DNA of 64,000 bases from Candidatus Aminicenantes bacterium. Lineage in GTDB: Bacteria; Acidobacteriota; Aminicenantia; Aminicenantales; UBA4085. Where the stretch lies: positions 24,323 to 88,322 of the forward strand of contig CAWDOL010000015.1 of assembly GCA_963803915.1 (NCBI GenBank), written 5' to 3'. Positions within the stretch are counted from its first letter, which is position 1; each line of letters begins with the position of its first letter. The position numbers and the translations under genes are program-made. Below the pieces are notes generated by a model, which was given only the letters and a program-made list of their open reading frames with translations, was not told the DNA's origin and made no database searches. Of the stretch, positions 12,266 to 22,522 are shown one piece after another.

Positions 12266-13922
12266 TCAGCGGCGCCGGAACGAGCTTGTCGGATGGAACT
12301 GCGGCAGCGGACTCATTCTTCTGGAGAAGCGCGATGATCTCCCGGGCCCAACCGGCGATCTGGACCGTCCCCCTCAAATCCCAGTCCGGTTGGATCTCGT
12401 CGCCGACCTTGTGGTACTTCGTCTTCTTGTAGTCCTCGAACTTCCGCTGGACGAAGCCCTTGTCCTCGCCGCGCGAGACGATCCCCTGGTGGAGCCAGAC
12501 GCCGGGGATGCCGGCCCGGGCGAAGCTGAGCTGGTCGGAGCGGAAGAAGAAGCCCAGCTCGCCGTTGCGCTCGGGGATGTAGCGCAGGCCCACGCCCTCG
12601 GCCGCCCGGCGGCAGACGTCGTCGAGCTCGGAGTGCTTGGCTCCGATAGCGAAGGCGTCCTCGGTCTCGCCCCAGACGTTGGTCATCTCGAAGTTGATGT
12701 TGGCCGCGGCCTGGGCAGCCGGAAACGGAAGATGGCGGGCGAAATAGTCGGAGCCCAGCAGGAGCTGCTCCTCGGCCGTCACGGCCACGAAGCAGAGGTC
12801 GTCCTTGAGCGCCTCGGGATGGCGGGCGTAGTCGGCGGCCAGGGCCAGCATCGTCGCCGAGGCCGAACAGTTGTCCACCGCGCCGTTGTAGATCTGGTCG
12901 CCTACGAGGGCTGCGTCCCGGCCGAAGTGGTCGTAGTGGGCCGACAGGATGATCGTCCGGCGGCGGGCTTGGGGATGCTTGGCCCGCACGATCCCGGCCA
13001 CGTTGACGCCCTGGACCGTGCGGTAGGTCCTCTTCTGGCGGACCACGGCCTTCAGGCCCAGCGGCACCGGCGCGAAGTCCGCCGTCTCGGCCCGGGCTTT
13101 GAGGGCGGTGTGATCAAGTCCGGCGGTCCGGAAGAGCGCGTCCGTCGTGCCCGCCCCGATCCAGCCCTCGAAGAGCAGACGGGGTTCGCGGTCGGGCAGG
13201 AAGAAGCTCTCGTTGGCCCAGGAGGCCCGCAGCACGTCCCAGCCGTAGGCCGCGCCCTTGGTGTCGTGGATGATGACGACACCCGCCGCGCCGAGGGCCT
13301 CGGCCTTCTCGAACTTGTAGACCCAGCGGCCATAATAGGTCATGTCCTCACCGTCGAAGAGCCCGCCCGGGCTGTTCCCGGGCTCGTTGATTTCGACGAG
13401 CAGGATCTTTCCGGCCAAGTCGGCGCCCTTGAGGTCGTCCCAAGACCGTTCGGGAGCCTGGATGAGATAGCCGCAGTAGACGACCTCCCCGGACGCCTCG
13501 GGCGGGGAGTCCTCCCGCTGGGAGCGGACGACGAACTCGTCCCAGAGGGCGGGGGAGATACGCGCGGTCGGCGACACGAATTCCAGCTTGGCCGCGGGGT
13601 CGGGCAGCGAGCCGCGCAGGGGGAATTCCTGGCGGTAGCTTTCGCCGAAGGCGGGTTCGAGGCCGGCCTTCCTGAAGACGTCCTCGTGGTAGAGGGCGGC
13701 CAGCTCGATGCCCGGCGTCCCTACCGCCCGGCCTTCCATCCGATCGTCAGATAGGGCGCGGATGTGCCGCTCGATTTCTTCGACCGTGACCGTCGAGCCG
13801 TCCGAGGCCGGGCCCCGGCAGGACCAGAGTCCGGCCAGTGCCAGCGTGGCCACGGCAAAAACAAGTACGAGTCCATGGGGGGGGCGGCCTTGGCGTCGCT
13901 CGCGGGAAGGGCGTGCGTTCAT
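12266..13922 (-). CDS. M28 metallopeptidase lipoprotein with PA domain; frameshift near 12312, true end probably LPQFHPTSSFRRR*
   Basis: Lipobox LWSC, SAHYDHFG, NGAVDN, TAEEQ, FFRSDQ, YHKVGD. Confidence 0.9.
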
Positions 13923-14074
13923 GGGGCTCCTTGGGCTCGGCTTGTTTCCAGATTTTTTCCGTGGGCCGGTCCGCTGAAACCCTTTTTTACTTCACACCGC
14001 ACCCGCGTGCAAGCCTGCGGTTTCCATCGGTTGCGGGGTCGGCATTCGGGGAAACCGACGGGGGGCTCCGATTG

Positions 14075-14250
14075 ATACATTCGCGGCGCCATACCCCGAT
14101 TTTCAAATCGGGGTTATGAGCGTCGCTCAGTATTAACCTTTTAAATACCCCGGGCTTTAGCCCGCCCTCATTCTCTCCGAGAATGAGGACTGCAACCCCG
14201 TCGCCAAACCGCCGGGGCGGAAGCTGAGCCCGGGGTATCGAGCGGGTTTA
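14075..14250 (+). repeat. Repeat family A, copy 2, with a 31-nt extra hairpin
   Basis: Matches copies 1 and 3 plus insert ccccgtcgccaaaccgccggggcggaagctg. Confidence 0.95.
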
Positions 14251-14284
14251 TCGGGCTATAGGGGATCATGTTATGATCGCCTCG

Positions 14285-17200
14285 ATGAGCCCCGCCGCCC
14301 CCGAATTCATCCTGGTCAAGGCCTCGGCCGGGTCCGGCAAGACGCACGCCCTGACCAAGCGCTATCTTGGGCTGGCCCTGGCCGGGCCCGCGGGACCGGA
14401 TGCGGCGGCTGAGGGCGGGGGCGGATTGGCCTCCATCCTGGCCATCACCTTCACCAAGAACGCGGCCGGGGAGATGAAGTCGCGCATCCTGGACTGGCTC
14501 AAAGAGGCCTATTTCGGGGACGCCGAGCGGATCGCCCAGCTGCGGGAAGTCGTCCCCGTCCAGGCCAAGGCCTTCCCCGGTCTGGCCGGCCGGGCCATCG
14601 ACCGCATCCTGTCCGACTTCGCCGACTTCCAGGTGGAGACGATCGACAGCTTCATGGCCTCGGTCTTCAAGGCCTCGGCGGTGGACCTCGGCTTCCCGCC
14701 CGACTTCGAGATCGTCCTGGAGCATGCCGAGCTCATCGACTACGCCTTCTACCGGCACCTGCGGAGTGTCCGGGCCGGCTCGCCCGAGGCGGCCGACTTC
14801 GACGCCATCCTCGATTACCTGCTCCTCTACAAGGGCGAGAGCTCCTCGTTCGCCTGGAACCCGACACCCGAGATCCTGGAGAAGCTGACCGGCTTCTATG
14901 CCCGGCTGACGGCGCGGGAAGCCGAGCCCGCGATCGGCGGGCACTCCAAGGCCCTGGCCGACAGCCTGGCGCGATTGACCGCCGCCGCGGGCAAGCTGGA
15001 AGACGCGGTGGAGGCCTCGGGGCTCGAGAAGAACCTCAAGGCGCCCTGCTTCACCAAGATCCTGCCGGCCGTCCGCGACAAGCGCTTCAGCGACCTGGTC
15101 GGCGCCAGCTTCAAGACGTCGCCGGTCAGAAAGCCCAAGGGCGCAAAGCCGGGCGCTTCCGGAGGCGACCGTCGCAAAGGCCTGGACCGGGCTCGAAAGC
15201 GCCGTTCGCCGCTACTCCGCTCTTTACGCGCGCGATTTCTTCACTCCCTACCTCCGGGCCTACCGCTCGCTGGCCGGAACGCTCGACCGCGTCAAGCGGA
15301 CGCAAGGGGTCGTCTTCCTGGAGGACATGTACCGCCAGCTGGCGGGATACATCGGGGCGGGCATCGTCCCCGACATCTACTTCCGGCTGGGCGAGCGGGT
15401 GCGCCACTTCCTGATCGACGAGTTCCAGGACACCTCGCCGATGCAGTGGCTCAACCTGCGGCCGCTGGTCGAAGAGTCGCTGAGCCTGGGCGGGAGCCTG
15501 TTCCTCGTCGGCGACACCAAGCAGGCCATCTACGGCTTTCGCGACGCCGACTTCCGGATCATGCGCGGCCTCGAGACCGGCGCGGACAGTGTTCGACTCC
15601 GTGCTCAAGCCCAAGGTGGACAGCCTGAAGCTGAACTACCGCAGCGGCCAGGCGCTCGTTGAATTCGTCAAGGAGCGCTTCCACGCAGTCCCGGAGGAAT
15701 ACGCCGCGGCGGCCAAGCTGAGCGGGCTGGATGATTTCAACCAGGAGTCCAACCCGAAGCACGAGCACCCCGGCTATGTCGAGTATGAGATCCTGACCAA
15801 GGACGGCGCCGAGGACGAGGATCGGGAGGACGGGGAACTTCGGCGAGGGCGAGGCCGACGCCGACGCCGAGGCGCCCGAGAAAGCGCGCGTCCAGGACCT
15901 GGTGCGCGAGCTTCGCGGCCGCGGCTATGCCTATTCCGACATCGCCGTCCTGACCCGGACCAACGAGTCCGTGGCGGCCGTCTCCTCCTGGCTCAACGAA
16001 AAAGACATCCCCTTCATCCCCTACAGCAGCCTGGACATCCGGGGCCGCAAAGTCATCGGCGAAGTCCTGGCCGTGCTGGCTTTCCTGGACGCCCCTCCGG
16101 ACGACCTGGCTTTCGCCGCCGTTCTCCTGGGCGACGCCTTCGGCCGGGCGGCCGGAGAGAGGGAATTCCCGTTGGAGGAGAGACGCCGATTCCTGTTCGA
16201 ATGCCGGACCGCCGGGCGATCGCCCCTCTACGTGGCCTTCCGCGATCGCCGGCCGGCTCTCTGGGCGCGGCTCTTCGAGCCCCTCTTCCAGGCCGTCGGC
16301 TATTACCCGCTCTACGACCTGGCCGTGTCCGTGTACCGGGCCTTCGACCTCTTCGCCTCGTTTCCCGGCGAGGAGGCGGCCCTGACCCGCTTCCTGGAAG
16401 CCATCAAGGGCTTCGAAGGCAAGGGCCGGAACGACCTGCGCGAATTCCTGGCCTTCACCGGCGAGGAAGGGGCGGAGGCCTGGACGATCGACGTTCCCGA
16501 GACGATCGACGCCGTCAAGGTCATGACCATCCACAAGGCCAAGGGCCTGGGATTCCCGGTGGTCATCCTGCTCGTTTACCCCGAGAGATGGCGGCCGCCC
16601 GACTTCTTTCTCGATGAAGGCGAGGACGGGATCAGGGTCCTCAAGATCAACAAATCGCTGGCCGCGGCGGACGACGACCTGAAACGCGTCTACGAGGAGG
16701 CGCGCCTTCGTGACCAGGTCAACAGCTTGAACACGCTCTACGTGGCCTTGACCCGGGCCGAGTCCGAGCTCTATATCGTCGGCGTCATGGGGAAAACGCC
16801 CAAGTTCCCGTTCGACGTGCTGGGCGATGCGTTCCGATCGGCCGAGGATCGTCCTCCCATTCCCCGCCGGGAACCGAAGTCCGCGGGCGAGCCGGCCGCG
16901 CTCAACCGGCTGGCCGGAGTCTTCGAGGCCCCCTTCGACTCGCGCCAAAGCTTGAACGAGGCCAACCGGCGGCGGGGCGAGTTCGCCCATCGGATCATGG
17001 CCGAGATCGAGTACGTCGAAGGCGATTGGCCGGCGGCGGCCGCCGAGGCCGCTTCGCGCATCGACCCGCGATTCCGCGCCTCGGCCGGGGCGGCACCCGA
17101 CGAGGATTCGGCCGGGCTGGTGGAAGCCATCGCCGCGTTTTTCGCCTGCGATCCGGCGGCCGGGCTTTTCCGTCCGCGGCCGGACCGGCGCGTCCTGCGC

Positions 17201-17429
17201 GAGGCCAATTTCTGCGACGCCGCCGGCCGGTCCTTCCGGATGGACCGCGTCGTCGTCGATGCCGGACGCGGTCCACGTCGTCGACTTCAAGACCGGGCGC
17301 GAGCCGGGCCTCGGCGACCGAATTCAGGTCCTCGACTACCTGGCGCTGGTCAAGGACATCTTTCCGGGGCGGGCCGTGCACGGTGTGCTGGCCTACATCG
17401 ACCAGGGCGTCTGGGAGGCGGTCGAATGA
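14285..17429 (+). CDS. addA: AddA-like UvrD helicase/nuclease; frameshifts near 15170, 15590, 15840 and 17270
   Basis: ASAGSGKT, AITFTKNAAGEMK, IDEFQDTS, VGDTKQAIYGFR, TIHKAKGL, LYVALTRA, C-terminal RMDRVV..DFKTG. Confidence 0.85.
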
Positions 17430-20400
17430 GCGTCGTCCTCGTCCCGCCGCGCGAGGGCCTGGTCGCCTCGGTCCTGGGCCGCCTGGCGCCGCAGGGCAAG
17501 GACTACACCCGGTACTGGGTCGTCTTCCCCGAACGTCGGCCGGGCTACTACCTGCGCAAGGCCCTGGCCGAGCGCGAAGGCACGGCCTTTCTCCCGCCGC
17601 GCATCGATTCGATGGACGCCTTCGTCGACCGCGTGCATCGCGAGCGGCTGGGCCGGCGCGAGCGGTCGATCGACGCCCTTGATGCCGCGGCCCTGTTGTT
17701 CGAGATCCACCGCGGCGAGCCCGGCCGCCTGGGCGGCGGGCACTTCCTGACCGCCGACCAGTTCTTCCCGCTGGCGGCCAAGCTCTTCCGCGACCTGGAG
17801 GAGATGGCCGGAAGCTCCGTCGCCCCGGAGGCCCTGGCCCGCTCCGACGGCTGGTCGGAAGAGCGCATCCCGGAGACGACCCGGCAGCGTCTGCAGTCCC
17901 TCTCGCTCTTCTACGAGCGCTTCTACGAGACCCTGGCCCGGCGCGGCTATTCGACGTCCGGCTCGCGGCTTCGCGACGTCGTCGCCGCCCTCGAGCCGAG
18001 CTTGTTCGAAGGCGTCGAACGGATCGTCCTGGCCGGCTTCTTCCCGACCGCGGGGGGAGAGGCGGACATCCTGCGGACCATGGCCGACTGGCCCGGCGTG
18101 GATGTGCTTCTGCAAGAAGGGGCCGGCGTCGAGAAGGCGCTCGAACGGATCGGGGCGGGGGGGGCGGATTTGCGCGCCCGGGCGCAGATGGCCGAAGCGC
18201 TCGCTCCGGCAGCGGACATCGAGATCGTCGAGAGCCCCGATGTGCACGGCCAGGTCTTCGCCCTCAACGCGGCCCTGGCGCCCGCCTTAGCTGACCCCGG
18301 CCGACTGGACGAGACGCGCGTCATCGTCCTCCCGGCCGCGGAAACCCTGTTCCCCCTCCACCAGCAGACGCTGGCCGCGCTGCCGCCCGAGGCGTACAAC
18401 ATCTCCCTCGGTTATCCACTGGCCCGGACGCCGATCTCCGGTTTCTTCGACCGCCTGATCGAGATCCTCCAGTCGGCCGACGAGGAGGGCCGCGTCTATG
18501 CCCCCCACTATCTGCGCTTTCTGCTCCACCCCTATACGAAAAATATATTCTTCGGTGGACTCGGTGTGGGTGAGGGAACGGGATTCGATCCAGAGGGACC
18601 AGGGAAAAAGCGAAAGCTCGATGCGGGTGATGCGGATGGAAATAGGGAATTACGTATACTGTACCCCTTTTTTTCGGGTCGGGCCGACCTGACCCGGATC
18701 CTCGTCCATGCCGTCGAGGACCAGCTCGTGGCGCGCCGGACGCGGGCCTTCTGGTCCCTGGACGAGCTTGTGGCGGACGCCGGTGTGCGGGAGGCCGTGG
18801 CCGAGCGGTCCCGCGGCGTTGAGGGAGCGCCCGATCCGGCCGCCTTCATGGCCCACTTGGCCTCGCTCCACGCCGCCCTGATCGTGCCCTTCCGCGAGAT
18901 CCGCGACGTGCGCGAGTTTTCTTCCAAGCTGTGCGCCGCCCTGGCCCACATCTACGAGCACAGCACGGCCCGACGCCACGTCTTCTTCCATCCCTACGCC
19001 GAGGCCTTCATGGACCGGCTGGAGGCGCTGGGGCGGTCGCTCCTGGGGCCGACCGTGTTCGAGGACCGGACCTCCTATTTCAACCTCTTCCGCAAGGTCA
19101 TCGCCGCCGGCACCGTGCCTTTCGAGGGCGTGCCCTTGCGCGGCCTGCAGGCGCTGGGATTCTGGGAGACGAGGGGGCTGCCCTTCCGCGACGTCTCGAT
19201 CCTGGACCTCAACGAAGACGTCCTGCCGGCCGCCCAGCGGGTCGACTCGCTGCTGCCGTTTGCGGCCCGGCGTGCTTTGGGGCTTCCCACCTACAAGGAC
19301 GCCGAGCGCAGGGCCGCCTACCATCTTGACGCCCTGCTGCGGGGCGCGGATCGGGTCCGCATCTTCTACGTCAAGTCCAAGGACCGCCGGCCCAGCCGCT
19401 TCGTCGAGCGCCTGATCTGGGAGAGGCAGAAGCGGGAGCGCGAGATGCGGGCCTCGCGGTTCGTGCGCAGGGTTCGCTATCAGGTGGCGCTGCAGGAGCC
19501 GCCGCTCGAGCCCGTCCCCAAGGGGCCTGAGGTTGCCGCCTTTCTTCAGACTATGGCCTTCTCGGCTACCGCTCTGGATGCCTACCTGCGCTGCCCCCTC
19601 CAATTCCACCGCCGTTATGTCTTGGGGCTCAAGGAGCGGGAGGATTTGGGCGAGGAGATGGAGGCCAAAGACGTCGGGTCGTTCGTCCATTCGATCCTTG
19701 AAGAATACTTCGGCCGCTTCGTCGGCAGGGACCTTCACGCCCGCGATCTCGACCCGGCCGGGCTCGCGGCCGTCGTCGAGCGCCGTTTCGAAGAGAGCTT
19801 CGGCCCCGAGCCGAGCGGCGGGCTCTACCTGATGCGGCGCCAGACCCTGGCCCATCTCGGCGAATTCCTGACCGGATACCAGGCGCCGGCCGCAGCCGGC
19901 ATGGAGCGCGAAGGGAAGGCGCTCCGCATCCTCGGGCTGGAGAAGAAGCTGTCCCTGGAATGGAATGGGACTCCTTCCGGCAAGCTTTTCCGTCTGACGG
20001 CCAAGGTGGACCGGATGGAGCTTCGCGGCGACGAGCTCTATGTCCTCGACTATAAGACCTCGGGCAATCCCAAGTATCTGGGCATCGCCTTCGACAAGCT
20101 GGACCTGGACGATCGGCCCTCCTGGTCGGAGCATGCGGCCAGCGTCCAGCTGCCGTTCTATCATCTCGTCCTGGCCCGCACCCCGCTTCCTCCGCCCGCG
20201 AAGCCGGAAAAAATCCGCTGCGCTTTTCTCCTTTTGGGTCGAAAGAGCCTCGGACCGGGCATCGAGTGGCCGGCATTCGCCGGTGGCCGCGAGATGAGGG
20301 CTCTGGACAAGCTTCTGGCCTCGCCGGATACGCCGGCCGTGGAGCGGGATCGGGCTCTGGTGGAGCGGGCGAGGCTTGAGGCCGAGCGAGCCTCCCTAAC

Positions 20401-20521
20401 GGAAAGCCTGATCGGCCGGCTCTTGGACGAGATCGCCGATCCGGCGCATCCCTTCGATCCCGCCCTGCGGCGGCCCGACGCCTGCGACCGATGCCCCACC
20501 GCGGGCATGTGCGGCCGCTGA
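17426..20521 (+). CDS. addB: AddB-like PD-(D/E)XK nuclease with Fe-S cysteines
   Basis: ATGA overlap with addA; YLRCP, KVDRMELR..LDYKT, VQLPFY and C-terminal CDRCPTAGMC. Confidence 0.85.
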   Translation: MSVVLVPPREGLVASVLGRLAPQGKDYTRYWVVFPERRPGYYLRKALAEREGTAFLPPRIDSMDAFVDRVHRERLGRRERSIDALDAAALLFEIHRGEPGRLGGGHFLTADQFFPLAAKLFRDLEEMAGSSVAPEALARSDGWSEERIPETTRQRLQSLSLFYERFYETLARRGYSTSGSRLRDVVAALEPSLFEGVERIVLAGFFPTAGGEADILRTMADWPGVDVLLQEGAGVEKALERIGAGGADLRARAQMAEALAPAADIEIVESPDVHGQVFALNAALAPALADPGRLDETRVIVLPAAETLFPLHQQTLAALPPEAYNISLGYPLARTPISGFFDRLIEILQSADEEGRVYAPHYLRFLLHPYTKNIFFGGLGVGEGTGFDPEGPGKKRKLDAGDADGNRELRILYPFFSGRADLTRILVHAVEDQLVARRTRAFWSLDELVADAGVREAVAERSRGVEGAPDPAAFMAHLASLHAALIVPFREIRDVREFSSKLCAALAHIYEHSTARRHVFFHPYAEAFMDRLEALGRSLLGPTVFEDRTSYFNLFRKVIAAGTVPFEGVPLRGLQALGFWETRGLPFRDVSILDLNEDVLPAAQRVDSLLPFAARRALGLPTYKDAERRAAYHLDALLRGADRVRIFYVKSKDRRPSRFVERLIWERQKREREMRASRFVRRVRYQVALQEPPLEPVPKGPEVAAFLQTMAFSATALDAYLRCPLQFHRRYVLGLKEREDLGEEMEAKDVGSFVHSILEEYFGRFVGRDLHARDLDPAGLAAVVERRFEESFGPEPSGGLYLMRRQTLAHLGEFLTGYQAPAAAGMEREGKALRILGLEKKLSLEWNGTPSGKLFRLTAKVDRMELRGDELYVLDYKTSGNPKYLGIAFDKLDLDDRPSWSEHAASVQLPFYHLVLARTPLPPPAKPEKIRCAFLLLGRKSLGPGIEWPAFAGGREMRALDKLLASPDTPAVERDRALVERARLEAERASLTESLIGRLLDEIADPAHPFDPALRRPDACDRCPTAGMCGR
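18637..18672 (+). repeat. Repeat family C, copy 3, inside the addB reading frame
   Basis: tggaaatagggaattacgtatactgtaccccttttt within a lower-GC in-frame segment. Confidence 0.85.
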
Positions 20522-20525
20522 ACGG

Positions 20526-21026
20526 CTACTTAGCTTTCTCTGCCTCCAGGGCCGCGTCGTGGCCGGGGCTGGCCCACTTAAAGGGCAGGGTGCCGTAATC
20601 CTTGCCCATGGGGTTGGGCTTCTCGTAGATGACGTCCTTGACGATCCACTTGCCCGAGACCGCCTTCTCGTTCGGGGTTATGATCTGGAGTGTGATCGAG
20701 CCGCCGGCCGGGATGGGCGAGATGTCCGTATAGCCCGCTTCGGTGATGGTGTCCGCCAGGGCCTTGCCGTCGGTATCAAAGAAGATGACGGTGCCGTTGA
20801 CGGCGGAGACGGGCGAGCTGGAGAGATTGTTCAAGGTCATGGTAAAGGTCGGGGCGATCGGGCTTAGGCCCCGGCTGAGCGCCCCCGCCTCGATCGGCGC
20901 CTTGCCGGCGGCGATAAGGTCGTCGATGGGGGTTCCGACGGGCTTCTCCTCCGCCTTGTTGCAGGCGGCGGCCGCGGTGAAAACCAGGGCCAGAACCAGG
21001 ATCATGGACAGAGACTTCATTTTCAT
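20526..21026 (-). CDS. Lipoprotein of unknown function
   Basis: Signal peptide with AAAC lipobox; AGGAGA RBS. Confidence 0.75.
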   Translation of the reverse strand: MKMKSLSMILVLALVFTAAAACNKAEEKPVGTPIDDLIAAGKAPIEAGALSRGLSPIAPTFTMTLNNLSSSPVSAVNGTVIFFDTDGKALADTITEAGYTDISPIPAGGSITLQIITPNEKAVSGKWIVKDVIYEKPNPMGKDYGTLPFKWASPGHDAALEAEKAK

Positions 21027-21186
21027 GGGCTTCTCTCCTCGGGCAACGGTCGGCTAGTTTATTCTTAACCCCTGCCGGCCGGGCTGTCAAGCGGTCGGGA
21101 TCGGGATCTATGAGGAGAGGAAAAGGCGAGGTCTCCAGCGTGTATAATGGCTTTGGTCTCGCCCCCGCGGCGATTCCGAAAGGACG

Positions 21187-22185
21187 ATGGTCATGGAATA
21201 CCGCAACCTCGGCCGCTCGGGACTCAAGGTCTCGGCCCTCTCCTACGGTACCTGGGTCACTTTCGGCGAGCAGATCGACGAAGCCCAGGGCGCGTCTTGC
21301 CTGAAGGCCGCTTTCGACGCCGGCGTCAATTTCTTCGACACGGCTGAAGTCTACGCTCAAGGCCAGGCCGAGACGATGCTGGGGTCCATCATTCGCCGCT
21401 TCGGCTGGAAGCGATCCGACCTTGTCATTGCGACCAAGATCTTCTGGGGAGGTGACGGCCCGAACGATACCGGCCTGTCGCGAAAGCACATCCTCGAGGG
21501 AAGCGAGGCTTCGCTGCGGCGGCTGGGCCTGGACTACGTGGACTTGTTGTTCTGCCATCGGCCGGACCGGGAGACGCCCATCGAGGAGACGGTGCGGGCC
21601 ATGTCCCATCTGGTGAATAGCGGCCGAACTCTCTACTGGGGCACGAGCGAGTGGGGCGGCGACGCCATCCGGACGGCCTACGAGATCGCCCGGCGCGAAC
21701 GGCTCGTCCCGCCGACCATGGAGCAGCCTCATTACAACATGTTCACCCGGGAGCGCATGGAGCGGGAGCTCCTGCCCCTCTTCCGGGATTACGGGCTGGG
21801 GACGACGACTTGGAGCCCGCTCAACTCCGGCTTCCTGACGGGCAAATACCTCAAGGGCATCCCCGCGGGATCGCGGCTGACGCTCAGCGGCTACGGCTGG
21901 CTGAAGAAGCGGTTCGAAGGACCCGAGGGCGCGGCCAAGAAGCCCAAAGTCGCCAAGCTGGCTCGGCTGGCGGCCGAGCTGGGCGTCCCTCTGCCGCAGA
22001 TGGCCATCGCCTGGTGCTTGAAGAACCCCCACGTCAGCTCGGTCATCACCGGCGCCTCCGCTCCCGGGCAGGTCGTCGAGAATATGAAGGCCCTGGATGC
22101 GGTGCCGCTCCTGACGCCGGAGATCATGGCCCGGATCGAGAAGATATTGGGCAACACCCCCGCGCCTGAGCCCGACTTCAGGTAG
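21187..22185 (+). CDS. Aldo/keto reductase (Kv-beta-like)
   Basis: YRNLGRSGLKVS, FFDTAEVY, GLSRKHI, YWGTSEW, WSPL. Confidence 0.92.
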   Translation: MVMEYRNLGRSGLKVSALSYGTWVTFGEQIDEAQGASCLKAAFDAGVNFFDTAEVYAQGQAETMLGSIIRRFGWKRSDLVIATKIFWGGDGPNDTGLSRKHILEGSEASLRRLGLDYVDLLFCHRPDRETPIEETVRAMSHLVNSGRTLYWGTSEWGGDAIRTAYEIARRERLVPPTMEQPHYNMFTRERMERELLPLFRDYGLGTTTWSPLNSGFLTGKYLKGIPAGSRLTLSGYGWLKKRFEGPEGAAKKPKVAKLARLAAELGVPLPQMAIAWCLKNPHVSSVITGASAPGQVVENMKALDAVPLLTPEIMARIEKILGNTPAPEPDFR

Positions 22186-22208
22186 GGGTCAGGTCTCAAC
22201 ATTTGACA
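22183..22208 (+). repeat. Repeat family B, solo arm
   Basis: taggggtcaggtctcaacatttgaca, 26/26 identical to 51077-51102. Confidence 0.9.
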
Positions 22209-22231
22209 TTTGGGCTCCTTCGGCCTACCTT
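22203..22231 (+). promoter_or_regulatory. Putative sigma70 promoter for the uORF-secA2 unit
   Basis: TTGACA (22203-22208), 17 nt, TACCTT (22226-22231); ATG at 22240. Confidence 0.6.
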
Positions 22232-22239
22232 GTCTCCTC

Positions 22240-22476
22240 ATGATCAACGATTGGAACGCACCCGCGGGATGGAGCCGGGACATTTTTGGCTGGACTGTTC
22301 TGGCCGGACTCATCGTCCTGGCGCTCTTCCTTCCGCCGTTGCTGATCTTCCTGCTGATCGCCGCGACCATCGGCGTTCTGCTCGCCGCCGCGCCCGGTCG
22401 CGCCCGGGTTGCCGTTCCGGCCGCGGCCTTTTCTCCCGTGCGGTGCCTTGCGACGCGCGCCCCGCCCCTTCTCTGA
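22240..22476 (+). CDS. 78-aa membrane leader peptide ending RAPPLL; candidate translation-arrest peptide
   Basis: Hydrophobic residues 15-51, RAPP codons at 22456-22467, 46 nt upstream of the secA paralog. Confidence 0.7.
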   Translation: MINDWNAPAGWSRDIFGWTVLAGLIVLALFLPPLLIFLLIAATIGVLLAAAPGRARVAVPAAAFSPVRCLATRAPPLL

Positions 22477-22519
22477 CCTCCATCTCCGCCCCTCTTCCAT
22501 TCCACTCCGCAGGAGGTCA
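22474..22519 (+). promoter_or_regulatory. SD-sequestering stem upstream of the secA paralog
   Basis: tgacctcc (22474-22481, includes the uORF stop) is the exact reverse complement of ggaggtca (22512-22519, overlapping the AGGAGG SD). Confidence 0.7.
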
Positions 22520-22522
22520 TTC

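Noticed and set aside
15902-20521. 1539-aa ORF suggesting an AddA-AddB fusion
   Set aside because: A frameshift near 17270 diverts AddA into the AddB frame; the proper AddA end (DFKTG..EAVE*) overlaps the AddB ATG at 17426
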